Notes: generated by a model from the sequence alone, not told the origin. 37,613 bases of DNA from Spirogloea muscicola (GCA_009602725.1 WELB01000019.1:497219-534831); one strand, 5' to 3'. Positions 24,573 to 36,660 are shown, counted from the stretch's first letter. Program-made: numbers and translations.

Positions 24573-25002
24573 GTGCAGGAAGCGAGGACCCAGACAGCCA
24601 AAGATGTCGATTGCAGCTGGCACGAGTTGATCGCATTGGGGGTAATCGGAGTAATGCCGCAGTTTCCTTTTGTTCTGCTCCGCCCACTGCGTGCCATACG
24701 GCGCCCGAGCTCTGGCCACACCCGGCGGGCCCCCCCCCACCCGTCTTCGTAAACCCCGGAAACCCGGGAGCTCGCGCTGCGTCCGGGGCCGACGCCATCC
24801 CCGCCGCCGCCGCCCCCGTCGCCTGCGCTGCCGGGAGCTGGCGCTGGAGCAGACCTCGCCCTCGTGTTGGCCATGGCGAGCCTGCTCCCCGCCTAGCGGC
24901 CCAGCGGCCTAGTGGAGGCCTCGGCTCCGGCGCCGGCGCTGGCCAGCCGGCGCCGGCGCTGCCAGCGCCGCGGGNGCCAGGCCAAGCCCCGCGCTCGCTG
25001 TG

Positions 25003-26196
25003 ATGACCACCCAGAAGTCGGGCTTGGCGAGCAGCGGCGACGCCGCGACCGTGGGGAACTCATCGAATACAAATACGGCAAGGACAAGGCCGAAAGGAAG
25101 CCCCTCCGCCCCAAGTCCTCCAGACGTCCCCCACCCCATGTCCTCGTGCGCCAACCTGCCCACCTTCCTTGAACCCCCTTCCCTGCACCTCCTCTCTGGG
25201 GTCTGCACGTAGGCAACCATACTGACAAGGTGGGGCCGATGTCTCAGCCTGGCCCCCTGCCTTGCCGACCCACCGCTTGGTCTCAACAAGCCCCTGTGCC
25301 TTTGCTCTTTGGGGAGCTCCGCCTTCCGCGCGTTGCCACCTTACCTGCCCTCTCCCCTCCTGCAGCTCATGCCCACTCACTCCTCCGCCCGGCCTCGTCT
25401 CTCCAAGGACACGGCGGAGTAGTGCTTACAGCAGGGCTTTTGAGGACTCGCCAAAATGGCAGGCGCCCGTGTCAAGCCAGCTCCTCATTGAGTGTTGACC
25501 CTGGGTTCACGCAAGTGCGCAGGATGAGCTGGGTGATGTCCTCCACTGGATGCGCCAGGCGTTTGGCCTCGTCTGCGGCGTCGCATGGGGCGCCATCCCC
25601 CTCCATGGTGGTGCCTGGTTCTTTGTGTAAGCACTTACCACTTCCTCAGATCCCCCTGCACATCCACCTTACACCCAGAACACCGCAGATCTTCATACCT
25701 GGACAGTAACTTCTTAAGCACATTCGATGGACGATTAATCAGCCACCATATTAGAACCAGTGCCTTACTGGCCGCTCTCCATTGCGGGCTCATGACCTGC
25801 AAATGTTGTTGCCACTAATTTAGGCAGAGCCCTACCGTGGCTGCAGGTACGTTCTTCTGAGCATGGCCCTGGTGTTCTCCTACTACAAGTACTATCTTCG
25901 GGTGGACGAGGAGGAATTTGGTGGCCATGCGGCGCTGCTGCAGGAGGGCCTAGTCGCCGCTGTTGGCCTCTTCATGGTCAGCCTGCGGGTGTCGCCCCAA
26001 GCCGGCAGCTCACTCTAAGTTCCTGCCTGCATCAACTGACAAACTTGCTTGCTGTGCACCTCGACATTGTAGCATTGCGCAGAATTTGCATCCTTGACTG
26101 GGTCATGACGTGGACACGGCTGACTCCCTTCTTGTATTGCTCTTGCATGTGCAGCTTCTCTGGGTGCTCATATACAGCTGCTTGCACGCTCCCTAG
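25003..26196 (+). CDS. Rab5-interacting protein family (RAB5IF/C20orf24-like) membrane protein
   Basis: Clear exons 25523-25626 (DELGDVLHWMRQAFGLVCGVAWGAIPL), 25847-25976 (YYLRVDEEEFGGHAALLQEGL) and 26155-26196 (LLWVLIYSCLHAP*). Probable exon 25366-25468. The start (ATG 25003) and first exon(s) are tentative. Confidence 0.85.
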
Positions 26197-26933
26197 AAGG
26201 TGGAGCAGGGCTTTTGCCTCTTTAGCACTAACGCCTTGGTGGTCAAGGACTCCCACCTGTCAGATGCTTATACATCTGCCATTGTCCAGCCTTAGCTTTA
26301 GCTTTCCCGCACTTCTCATTACTGAAAGTCACGTCGATCAATCCCTAGATTCTACACTAGACCTGTACCTCCAGTGGTGCACCTCTCAAGAGCAGTGGCC
26401 TGGCTAATGCACATGGCGGTGATGCCTTGTTGCGAGGTACATGAGTTCACCAGGTGAAGTAAGTATTTCCTTTGCAAGATGGCAAGAGATCTCAAGCACA
26501 AAGTTCATGCACAAACTGCAGCAGTGGTCAGGTCAGGAAGCCTTGGACTATTTGCTGGCCTCACAGAACAGCAACAACATCGTCGTCAGCAGTAAAAGTA
26601 AAGGTCCGCTGTCTATGGACCGACAAAGGTATTTTTGGGATTTGCAGGCGGACCTTTCAAGGCAGGTAATTCTTACAGCTGTGATGCTAAAGGCCGCGTA
26701 CAATTAGGCTTTCTTCAGCCAGGGTAGATAAGATGGTTTGCTCTCACAATTGTTTAACAGCCTATCAAGCTCATGCATGCTAAGGCTAGTTAGGAACATG
26801 TACATTGGGCTGCGCATAGCGCTAACGTTCCTTTCGGCATCTGCCACAATAGTGAAGGAAGCTCAAGCCATGCTTCGTGGTTCGAAGTAGGCAAATAGGG
26901 TGTACAGTAAAGGGAACGGGTATATATACAAGA

Positions 26934-29900
26934 CTAGCCCTCAGCCTCACCCATGTCGCCCCAGCGTACATTGTGCTTTGCAGCCAGATAGTGGGATCCA
27001 ATTGGCCCGCGGGAACCATGAGGGTACAACTCGGGGGCCACCTTATTGCCTTCTAGCTCCTTCAGGAGAGGGGTGAAAATCCTCCAGGCTGCACGCCCAA
27101 GTAGGCTGTCAGTGTGGAGCAAGTAGGACGAGTATCTGAAACGAAAGGACTGTCAGGACAAGTGACAGAACGATACTTAAGGTCTCCTTATCACAATGCT
27201 CAAAGGTAAGTAAGTCTGAGAAGACAGTCAAACCTACTCTGACTGCTCAGAGATAAGTCAAGATGTTTTGCGCAGACTATTGCAACATTGACATAAGGAT
27301 GTAAGTCATACGCAGTGACAGACAGACTCAAGCTGACAGCTGCTCACCAATGTCAAGCTCATCTGAACGAATGAAGAGTCGTTTGTCGCCTTCAATGGAG
27401 TCCAAGATCAATCGCTCGTAAGAATCTGGAATCTGACCTTTGTACCTGCGCCACAAGCCACGCCAACATCGTCTCACTTTGAAGTGAGACTGACCTAAGC
27501 TGTTCTTTAGTTTCTTCTTTATATAACACTAGAGACTTGATTTATGATACATCTTGGAGACCTTTGCCCCCATTAGCTTAGCCTATCAACACTACCGACT
27601 TGATCTACCGACTTGGTTTAATCTCACAATAAAAGATCTATCCAACTAGATCTGTTTTTGTATTCATACTCATCCCAATCCTACATGGTAAAGAAAGGTA
27701 GGTAAGACAAATAGAGCACCAAGAGTTGCAGGCTTCTTGAAGCAAGTACTGGCAGAGTCATATGTGACGAACCTGTCAGCATAGTGAAGGTTTAGATTGG
27801 AGCGATCCAACCGCATCCCTATGCCAGGGATCTTGTTATTGATCTTGATGTAGATAGCCTCATTTGGTTGGAGACGAATTACAAGCTCATTGGTTGCAAG
27901 GTCCAGATCCGTGCCAAAGCTCCTCTTGTACAAGTTTCCTGGAACATGCCGGAACTGGACTCTAATTTCGGCCCTGCAACATGCAGATATAAGCACGTGC
28001 TGGAGTCATAACACTTGCAAGTCCAAGTCCTACCGGTTCGCAATATATTCTGTCAATACTACCAGCTCAGACCAGCTCAGACGACAATGATTCTGCTACT
28101 TGCAATCAAGGGCACGAATGAGCTCCTTGAGCAACAGGCTGTGTCTCTTAGCTGGTAGAAGTCAGCTCATGATACAGGATGCAACAATCGTCCGGGCAAA
28201 CAGAAGAGCAAGAAGGTCATCTTCATGTGCTTACTGTCTCTTATGAAGCGCCTTTCCGGCCTTCATCAGGAAGGGCACTCCATCCCACCGTGCATTATCT
28301 ATCCAAAGTGCAGCGGCTGCAAAGGTGGGTGTGATTGAGTTGTTGGGAACAGTTTTGTCATCTGTGTAGCCCTGATACTTCACACCCCCCCTTGAGTTAG
28401 CCTTATACTGGCCAATGACGACGTCTTCCAACTGCAGCTGCCTCATTGACTTCAGAACCTTGACCTGGCAAAATAGCGAGTCTGTGGAGTGAGATTGGAC
28501 TCAGTGTTTGCTTTGCCATGGCATATTGCCACTATTTGATGAAATATGGTCGGCACAAAGCATAGGAGCAGTCACCAACCAGAGGGCTCTTATGCAACGA
28601 CTCTACCTCATCCCCTCATGTACAGTGATGAACAATTTGTGCAGGTCTGCAAGAGCCATACTGCTAGTCTTGACATGTTTGTATATCCAAGCGGATGTGC
28701 ATTTTCCAAGACCAACTAAATCACAGAGCAGTTCAGGTGCTTACTTTTTCATTGATGATGTCCTCTGCTGCTAAGGAGACAGGGGGCTCCATAGCAAAGA
28801 GAGCCAAGATCTGAAGAAGATGGTTTTGCATGATATCACGAATGATGCCATAGTTATCAAAATAGCTGCAGGAGGAGTGGGGAAACTGTCATTCATAAGC
28901 CTTTGTCATGCAGACAAGGAACAGCGGCATTCAATGTTATGTTCGAGAGGTCCTGCCAATGTTACTAGCTGCTTGTGTTACCCACTATTGAAGCTATGCT
29001 GTCAAATCCGCATGCTTCTCATGTATAAGCACTGGTACTGTCATGAGCCTGCTGTTATGCCGAGATATAGGTTTTAACAAGGTAGATATTTCTGACATTT
29101 TTGCGCTAAAGTTGTCAAACGTCAGCTCAATGACGTACCCTCCTCTGCCCTCTGTGCCGAAATCTTCAGAGAATGTGATCTGAACGTTCCTGATATATTG
29201 TCGGCACCAGAGGGGCTCAAAGACAAGGTTCGAGAAGCGCAGGACTGACAGATTCTCAACCAGCTCCTTGCCCAGGTAGTGGTCGATTCTGGACAATTCA
29301 GCATCATGGTTCGTCAAGACAGATGGCACATTGCCCCTCATGATGCAGATATCTGCATGCATTTGATGTGAGTACTAGAAAGCCTCAGCTTCGCATGGCG
29401 CAGCAATACTATGCACTCGCCTGTAGGTGTCTTCCTCGGAGAAGTACTTTGCTAATCCTCGTGTTAAATCTGCTGATGACTCGGTGTCGCGACCGAACGG
29501 TTTCTCCACAATGATACGAGTCCACCCCTTTGAGGCCTTTGCCCCTTTACTTGCCGACTTGGCAACGTCAACAAAGACATTTGGAGGGATGGACAGATAG
29601 AAGAGGCGATTGGCGACCTTCCCTTCCTGTGAGGCAAGCTGGGCTCGTCAGATCAATGCGAGACAGATTGCAGGTTTGCAGCAATGACTTCCACTAAAAA
29701 ATCCTCCGGATCAATTATGCAATGTCAACTGAGACATTTCCTGTTCGTCTGCTTCGAATTTCGAAAACGTGCAAATTCTTACAAAGCCGCCAAGGTTGCG
29801 TCCATATTTTCACCTCCTGCTCCTTCAGCTTGACGTCCAAGCCCTTGAAGCCGTCTTCATCATCATACATCCCAGAATGGTAGAAGCAACGGTTTAGGAA

Positions 29901-31238
29901 CTCTGCCTGCTTGTCTCCACACTTCTCTCTGCAGGATAAAGTGCTTGCAGATTACTATGGCCGCATTCTTTCCTCAAAATTCCAGAGTACGTCCATACTG
30001 GCTGAAGCTCGCTAGTAAATTTCCGAGGAGCAAGCCTGACACCCTAGCCTTACGTGTCCCCAGCATTTGCAGCAACAGGAGGCTGCAGCACATTATTCAA
30101 CCCTTGCAGCTTACCCTGCATCAATCCTGCACGTCAACTTCTCGCTAATCATGTCACGCAGCTCCTCATTAGTCATCTTGCTTCTGGCATAGCCAAAAAT
30201 TGTAAAGTGCTGCAGTGTAATAAACTTGTTGATATTGGTACCGCATTTCACACAATGGCGGCTGCGAAGCTGCTAACTGAAGCTAACGTCAGATCACCGC
30301 AACAGATATCGACTGTGCCGCAGCTGGCTCGTCGTCTCTGAGGCTTCAATCTCAGAGTTAGAGCAAATTCCTCTGCTGTCTACCTTAGGGTGCTGTTATT
30401 GAAACTCAGCCAATCAGCGAAGTTGATGACAATGCCAATTGAACTTGAAGCAGAAGGCTTAGGGCAAGTGACGTGGTCATAACACTGGAACATTGAGACA
30501 AACCTTCGGAAGGTACTCCTCGTAGTATAGGGCGAAAAGAGCAGGGAAGATCTTCTTCTTAGCCAAGTCTCCAGAAGCCCCCACAACAGTGATGCTCACA
30601 GCCGTGGCAGATCCCACATTGCTGGAGGAGGTGCCAAAGGACTTGGGCACTTCAGGCTCCGTCGATGGCTTCTGGTTCCCTGTGTCGTTTGCTGGAGGAG
30701 CCTTTGTCGCAACGTTGGACTTGGTATCTGCAGGTGATCCAGAGCTGCATTTCAGAACCCTGACAACGAGCACATTAGGTTTCTTGACAGCTTTGATTTT
30801 ACAGAGCTGAGGTGCAGCTAAGATGCAGTAGTAACAGCCTGATGCCCCTGCTGACGTTCCAGAGCTTGCATCGCCGATCAGATGATCGATCATGTGCTTA
30901 CGCATCCAAAGACAACTCCATGGGATGTCAAACCCAAGGATGCTCTTCCATAGCGGCTGGCGCCCTTCCCTACCTTCAGTGGTGGCAGGAGCCTCGGCCC
31001 GAGTGCTCCCGTTAAGACCGGCTTTGGGGCCGCGTCTCGGGCTCGCCACATGACCGGCAAAGTGCGCCCCGGCCGTCCAGACGGCGCGCCTCCGCAGGCC
31101 GCGGAAGTCGTCGGCGGCGACCCCGCAGAGCAGTGGGCAGGTCGAGGACGACGCCACGCGCATTGGCGACGACGGCGGCGGCGCGTGTGCATGTTGCGAC
31201 AGCGGCGTGGCCGGCGGGGCACGCAGGGCAGCTGCCAT
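26934..31238 (-). CDS. G6PD: Glucose-6-phosphate dehydrogenase, plastid type, 11 exons
   Basis: Exons 31238-30974, 30727-30504, 30209-30115, 29928-29814, 29626-29421, 29288-29139, 28865-28745, 28464-28235, 27973-27773, 27445-27348, 27088-26934. Transit-peptide-like N-terminus, [10 protein letters not shown], redox Cys pair [33 protein letters not shown]-terminal RWGD. Confidence 0.96.
29289..29420 (-). other. GC-AG intron in G6PD
   Basis: TACAG|GCGAGT donor and ccag|AATCGACCAC acceptor are needed to build [10 protein letters not shown]. Confidence 0.9.
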
Positions 31239-31733
31239 GGCGCTCGTGGCGATGGCGAGGCGGCCGAGACTTGTCGGGTCAGTTGGCGCGTCCAGAAGAG
31301 AACACTGGTTGTAGAAGGCCAATTTGTAAAAGGGGGGCAGCTCAAGTGGGTGCCAGCGATCCACCGTCCCGGCTGGCCTTCTACAGCCACCGCCTCATCG
31401 ACAGAGAGCCTTTCCTTGCTTCAGAAGGGCGAGCTGCGGTTAGGAGTGGCGGTAGAAGGGCGAAATAGCGGCGCCCGCCCCGTCTCTTCGTGACCCGTCC
31501 CCCGCGGAGGGCCCCCGTGGGGGCCTCGGCCCGCCAATGGGCGGCGGCCCCGTAGGGGCCGCGCTCGTCAAGGGGCCTCCTGCCGACCTCGTCGCCGCGT
31601 CCCGCTGGGCCGCCTCATTGCAGGCCATCGGCCACCCGCCGCCGCCACCAACATGCACACCTCTAAGCTGAAGTTGGCAAAGCCCGGACCCGATGCTCTT
31701 CAACATAAATCAAAGAACTACTCTCTTCCAAGT

Positions 31734-31830
31734 CATTCCCTTGGGTTGTGGACCTCGCCCAACTCTTATGGGCTGGCCTTTTCCAGTTCTCGCCCGCTTC
31801 GGAAGACCCACTTTCCTTTGGGCTGGCCTC
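31734..31830 (+). repeat. Degenerate module B copies upstream of G6PD
   Basis: cattcccttggg, tgggctggccttttccag and ttcctttgggctggcctc match the module B motif. Confidence 0.55.
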
Positions 31831-32021
31831 TTACATCCTTCGTGGTACTTGCATGGCGGTGTACTATGCCCTTACCGGCCTTTCTGGAGCTTGTACATCA
31901 CTTCTGGCTGGCTGTTACAGCCCTCGCTGCCTTTGGAAGAGCTTACTTCAGTGTGTCGCCTTTGCTATGAAGAAGAAGAGCTGATTTCTTCTTTTGGACG
32001 GCCTTTCACAGCTATTGCCAC

Positions 32022-32067
32022 CTTCTGTGCGCTGTGCTTCTGTGCGCTGTGCTTCTGTGCTCCTGTG
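32022..32067. repeat. 15-bp tandem repeat, three units
   Basis: cttctgtgcgctgtg twice plus the variant cttctgtgctcctgtg. Confidence 0.9.
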
Positions 32068-32405
32068 CTCACTTGTGGTTACGGAAGTCAACATTCAGCT
32101 CTGCTTTCACCCTGTTAACTCGGCCACCCTTAGCCTAGAGCTTCACTTTTGTTAGCCCCACTCCATGTGTTTTTGCATTTTTGCGATTTTACGTTTTTGC
32201 CTGAACGGACATTTGGCTCGGCCTCGCCTTCCTTTTCACTTCATGCACACCACGCGCCTTTCGTTTTGATGATATTGCCACATAGTTTACTCGTTGAGGC
32301 TCTTGGGAAAGTGGCGATGGCTGAACTCGGCTAATCCATGCAATGATGTGTTGCTTTCCGATTAAGACTTGGTTCGAATCCAATCTTAGTTTAATTCTAA
32401 AAAGA

Positions 32406-32753
32406 AGAGTTTGATCCTGGCTCAGAATGGACGCTAGCGATATGCTTAACACATGCAAGTCGAACGCTGTTCTGATCAAAACAGCAGAACAGAGTGGCGA
32501 ACGGGTGCGTAACACGTCGGAATCTGCCGAACAGCTCGGGGAAATCCTGAATACAAAAAGTGAAAAACAGCGCTGTTTGATGAGCCCGCGAAGTATTAAG
32601 GTAGTTGATTAGGTAAAGGCTGACCAAGACGATGATGCTTTGCTGGTCTATTCGGATGATCAGCCACACTAGAACTGAGACACGGCCTAGATTCCTACGG
32701 GAGGCAGCAGTGGGGAATCTTGGACAATGGGCGCAAGCCTGATCCAGCAGTAT
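32406..32753 (+). rRNA. rns: 5' fragment of mitochondrial-type SSU rRNA (rns), non-functional nuclear insertion (NUMT)
   Basis: agagtttgatcctggctcag, atatgcttaacacatgcaagtcgaacg, gaatctgccgaacag, gcgctgtttgatgagcc, ggtaaaggctgaccaag, ggatgatcagccacact and cctacgggaggcagcagtggggaatcttggacaatgggcg match plant-mitochondrial-type SSU signatures. Similarity stops abruptly after ~350 nt. Confidence 0.85.
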
Positions 32754-32878
32754 AGGACAAGGGCAAAGGGGCCGGACAAGCGCGCGCTACTCATCAGAGT
32801 GGTACTACGGATGGCCACCCAATAAGCAGTAGTGAAAGCCGCGAGTCGGAATGACCAGCAGCTGGGAAGGAAAACTTT

Positions 32879-33290
32879 CGTATATTTACAACAAACGAAG
32901 GCCAAAATGGCCAAGTACAAAGGCAAACACATCTGATGACGTACATCACCCACAGCAGATTGACCCGCTGAGTGACTACGGGTCAATACATAAAGGTCGC
33001 TAACCGATGCCTGGATTCTAGATGGCAGATTCGAAGCCTTTCTCCCACCAATCAGAGCTCACTCAGCTTTCTGGTGCAAAGCATTAGCCTGAGCACGCTG
33101 CAAACAGGCCGAAACTCGTCGTCGCAAGAACGACAAGTATGCAGCTGGCAAGCCCATATCAGCCGGAAACACATCTGCACGTCGTGCACAACCTAGATCG
33201 GCAATCTTCCGAAGGCGAGTGTGGAAACGAGGACCTAAATGGCCAAAGGTATCGACTGCAGCCGGAAAGGAGTCACCCTGCTTATCACCT
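32879..33290 (-). mobile_element. 3' end of CRE-like (RLE-type) non-LTR retrotransposon, copy 2 (longest, with premature stop)
   Basis: SFPAAVDTFGHLGPRFHTRLRKIA...YLSFLRRRVSACLQRAQANALHQKA resembles the F-P-AVE/DT-G...FL..R.S..LQR.NA tail that follows the restriction-like endonuclease of CRE-clade elements. No RT domain is present. Confidence 0.72.
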
Positions 33291-35540
33291 GAGGCGGCAG
33301 CCACGGCTAGTTGCTAGCTGTGGTGCTACTATGGCGCTCAACTTCACGGCTGCTGAACTAGCACCCAAACTGTACAATGCAAGATGCAAGAGCAGCCTGG
33401 TCGCAGCCTGGTCTCCATAGCTCGTCCACTTATTCTCGTGTTAGGAGAGTAACACGACGGCATCATGAAGTCGATTCCGATAGGCCAACTATTGATGATG
33501 TGATTAATGCTTGTCAGCTTCATTGAGATACAGCCTGTACATCGGCTGCGCTCAGCAACGTCCATGCCAGATCAAGCATGTAGTCAGTAAGGTACAGATG
33601 ACTGTAAGTCCAAGGAACTTTCCTAGGAATGAACTTGATGTCATCGAGGGGCCTAGATGGTAGTAATCAATTGGTAGGGTTTGACAGACACCGTTGTGCA
33701 GATACCAGGGTGAACCGGGCGTGACAAACGATCCCATGAAGGTACTTTGTTCTAATATGTATTCAGAGATCGTCGTCGACTGGGGTTGACTACCTCCACT
33801 TGAACATCCTGCGGACTACAAACTGCCATTTAACTGCATATGCATTGACTAGTGATGTGTCAGATGAACCAATGGCATCATCACATAGCAACCATGACCT
33901 TAGAAGACCTTCTATTTTGTTCGTCGTTCGTCAATGAGTGTATGTATTGGTGTAGGACATAGGAACACGTGCTTGATTGGAAGCAAGAGCTTCTCCCTGC
34001 AAAGCGCTATACCTTACAGCCTCTACAACTCATCTGTCAGCAATATGCTGGACCTGCAACGACCGTGAGCAGATCTACTTGCCTCCTTCCTAGCTGCTCT
34101 TGCTCATATGTGCACACCATCTAGCATAAGCTCATGCTGAAAGAAAGTGGGCTAACGATGAGAGGCAGCCTTTGTGAGGAGCCAGCTTGAGATTATTGGA
34201 CACAAGTCGAGCAAGATCCGCCAGCGAGACAGTACATCCATTCGAGAGTTCCAGTAGCTGACATAGTAGATTCAGTAGCTCTCGTCAATGCCGCAAGTTG
34301 GACACACTGGCAGTAGGGCAGGAGGCGCACTGCCATAAGCGCAATGATGCACGCCTAGCGTGGAGCTGTGAAGCAAACGCCTGAGTTGCTGCAGCCAGAC
34401 GGAGAGAGGCATGCGGTAGGGCGAGAGAGCTCGGAACACGACGTCAAGCTGCTCGCTTCGTTCTGTGTTTGTCGCCTTGCCTTGTTGCAGTGTATCAGCC
34501 GCAGTCCATGGTGTAGCTGACTTATCACAACTAGAAAGGCACCAGATACATACATGTTGTGTGTACATTTAGCATCCTCGCCAGTCAAAACATGACACGA
34601 TTGTCACCGTCATCTTATGTTGGACAGAAGGAGCCTTTGAATATGTATCTCATAAGTCATGATCAGGAGTATAGATGTTAAAAGATATATATCTCTCTAG
34701 ACCTTCTTTCTCTCTTCTCCCTCTTCAATGCCATGATCAAAGGACGTTCGAGTCCGATCAGTGTAAGCAAAGGGAGATCATCTAGAAGGCTGCATGGCTA
34801 GCCACCATGGCATCCTGGCACCATGAAGAAGAAAGGTCAACTCTGTGCTCTTGCTGTTCATCTGTTGATCAATAGATCTAATATTACCAAAGTGTTATAC
34901 AATTGGCTGCCAGTCGGTTCAATCGACTTTCCCCATGCCATGACGCTTGCACTTATCCACGCAAGGGCTCCTTGTTAAACAACTTCACGGCTAAGTTAGC
35001 TGTAGGACAACCGAGGAGCCTAACACGATGAGTGATATACACTCTTCAAGCGCCAGCGGCAGCCACGATACCCTGGACGACTGTGTGTGGAGCAAAAGAT
35101 TCGGAGCATAGAGAACGATCAATCAGCCCGATGGAAGAAGCACCCAACTCAAAGAACACCGACGAGCCTTTTCATTGTGAGTAGTGTTTAAATCTGCAAG
35201 CGCCAGCAATAGCCGTGCGCTCATCGCCTGGATGGAGTTGTTAAGGTGGAGCACGAGCGAGAGAAACCAAAGCATACAGTACGATCGACCAGCCCGGTGG
35301 CAGTAGCGTCCAACGCAAGTAGCAGATGACAACACGCATGTCTCGACAAGTACAGGTGTGTGGGCTAAGTTCGGGCAACGCAGCTTACGCTTGACCTCCT
35401 CTCTGCGAGCTGGTGGCAACTGACCTGAAGAGTAGCTAATTCAAAGATGTCGAGGGCTGCCAGCCTAGAGCCTGAGGCTACATTGCAGGCGGGCGGAGGG
35501 GTTGGGCCCGACATAACGGGGCGAAAAATGTGTTTCAACT

Positions 35541-35580
35541 CTCCCTTTCATTTCATGCGTCCCGCGCGCCTTCTCTCTCT
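35541..35580 (+). repeat. Module C, partial copy inverted relative to the 36133 and 36765 copies
   Basis: ctccctttcatttcatgcgtcccgcgcgccttctctctc is nearly the reverse complement of gagagagaaggcgcgcggggcgcatgaaatgaaatggag (36765-36803). Confidence 0.85.
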
Positions 35581-35593
35581 TCAAGGGGGAAAA

Positions 35594-35948
35594 CGTATGT
35601 TAAGAGATGGGGAGGCCATGTTTGGTCAAGTAAAAAGGCAAGCACATTGACAAATGTACGTCACCTGCTGCTTAGCTGACCCGCTCAGTAACCACGAGTC
35701 AGCACATAGAGGTCGCTAACTGATGCTCGAATACCGGACGGCAATCGACAAGCTCTTGAACTACCAGCCAAGGCTCGACCAGCTTTCTGATGCAACGCAT
35801 GAGCCTGAGCTCGCTGCAGACAAGCTGACACTCGACGTCGCAAAACTGACACAGAGGCTGCCGGCATACCCATCTGGGCTGGAAGCATATCCTCGCGTCG
35901 TGCATATCCCAGACTCGCTATGTTCTCAAGTAGGGTATGGAAGCGAAA
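35594..35948 (-). mobile_element. 3' end of CRE-like retrotransposon, copy 3
   Basis: FRFHTLLENIASLG...VLRRRVSACLQRAQAHALHQKAG...SDLYVLTRGY* plus the shared 3' UTR. Confidence 0.72.
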
Positions 35949-36132
35949 CGGGGTGGCCGTGGGGCGGCCGGTGCGTGGTGGGAGAGAGCTCGATGCGCAA
36001 GACGGCGAGCGGTGCGCGTGAAACGAAAGGATGGCCAATCGAAGTTCATCAATTGTTCGGGCAAGCGGGCGGCATAGTGGGGCTATGAAGCGAAGCCCTG
36101 GGCTTGGAGAAAGGTGCGCGGTGCGCATGAAA

Positions 36133-36235
36133 GAGAGAGAAGGCGAGCGGGGCGCACGCAATGAAATGGAGGCCAATGCAAGCCGATACATTGTTCAGGC
36201 AGAATGTAGGGCAAATTGAACAGGGCTACATAATA
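36133..36235 (-). repeat. Module C copy
   Basis: gagagaaggcg..ggggcgca..aatgaaatggagg..aagccga.acattgttcaggcag..tagggcaaa..aacagggctacataata is repeated at 36765-36865. Confidence 0.9.
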
Positions 36236-36486
36236 TAGAGACCGAAACTAAGGTGCCTAAGGTGACATCAGTACCCATGAAAGGATACGGCTGCTGAAAG
36301 GAGAGAGGCGAGGAGGGGCTAAGTAGGGCGGTAGAAGGGCTTCGTGGCCACTTGAGTCAGTGTGTGTTTTAATGTTTTCGTGGCCCCTTCCTGGCCCCTT
36401 CCTGGCCCCGTGGATGCTAGGCTTCCATCTGCGGTCGTGTCGTGTCTAGCTGTGTAGTTGCTGAATTCGGCACGTTTTGGCTCTTT

Positions 36487-36550
36487 GGACCTTGTCCATT
36501 CTCCATGGGCTGGCCTTTCCCAGCCCCTAACTACCCTTTGTGGGCGAGCA
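36487..36550 (+). repeat. Module B copy, inverted relative to 36951-37154
   Basis: ggaccttgtccattc..tgggctggcctttcccagccc..tgggcgagca. Confidence 0.75.
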
Positions 36551-36612
36551 ACCCTTTCGAGCTTTCGTGGCCCCTTCGACCTTTGTTCATTCATTTTCTA
36601 TTGTAGAAGGGC

Positions 36613-36660
36613 TTAGTACCCGCGCGTGAGCAAGTACAAGTCGGACAGGCTGACTTGGAG
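36613..36660 (-). mobile_element. Very short, divergent retroelement tail, copy 4
   Basis: Encodes LQVSLSDLYLLTRGY*, the same terminal peptide as copies 1 and 3 with different codons. Confidence 0.6.

Noticed and set aside
32406..32753. Functional rRNA gene or bacterial horizontal transfer
   Set aside because: Truncated after ~350 nt, carries decay-type substitutions, and its signatures look plant-mitochondrial.
32791..32940. CTGATGA hammerhead-core-like words (minus strand 32797-32791, plus strand 32934-32940), which would suggest a Penelope-like element
   Set aside because: No stem II followed by GAAA and no closing stems could be found.
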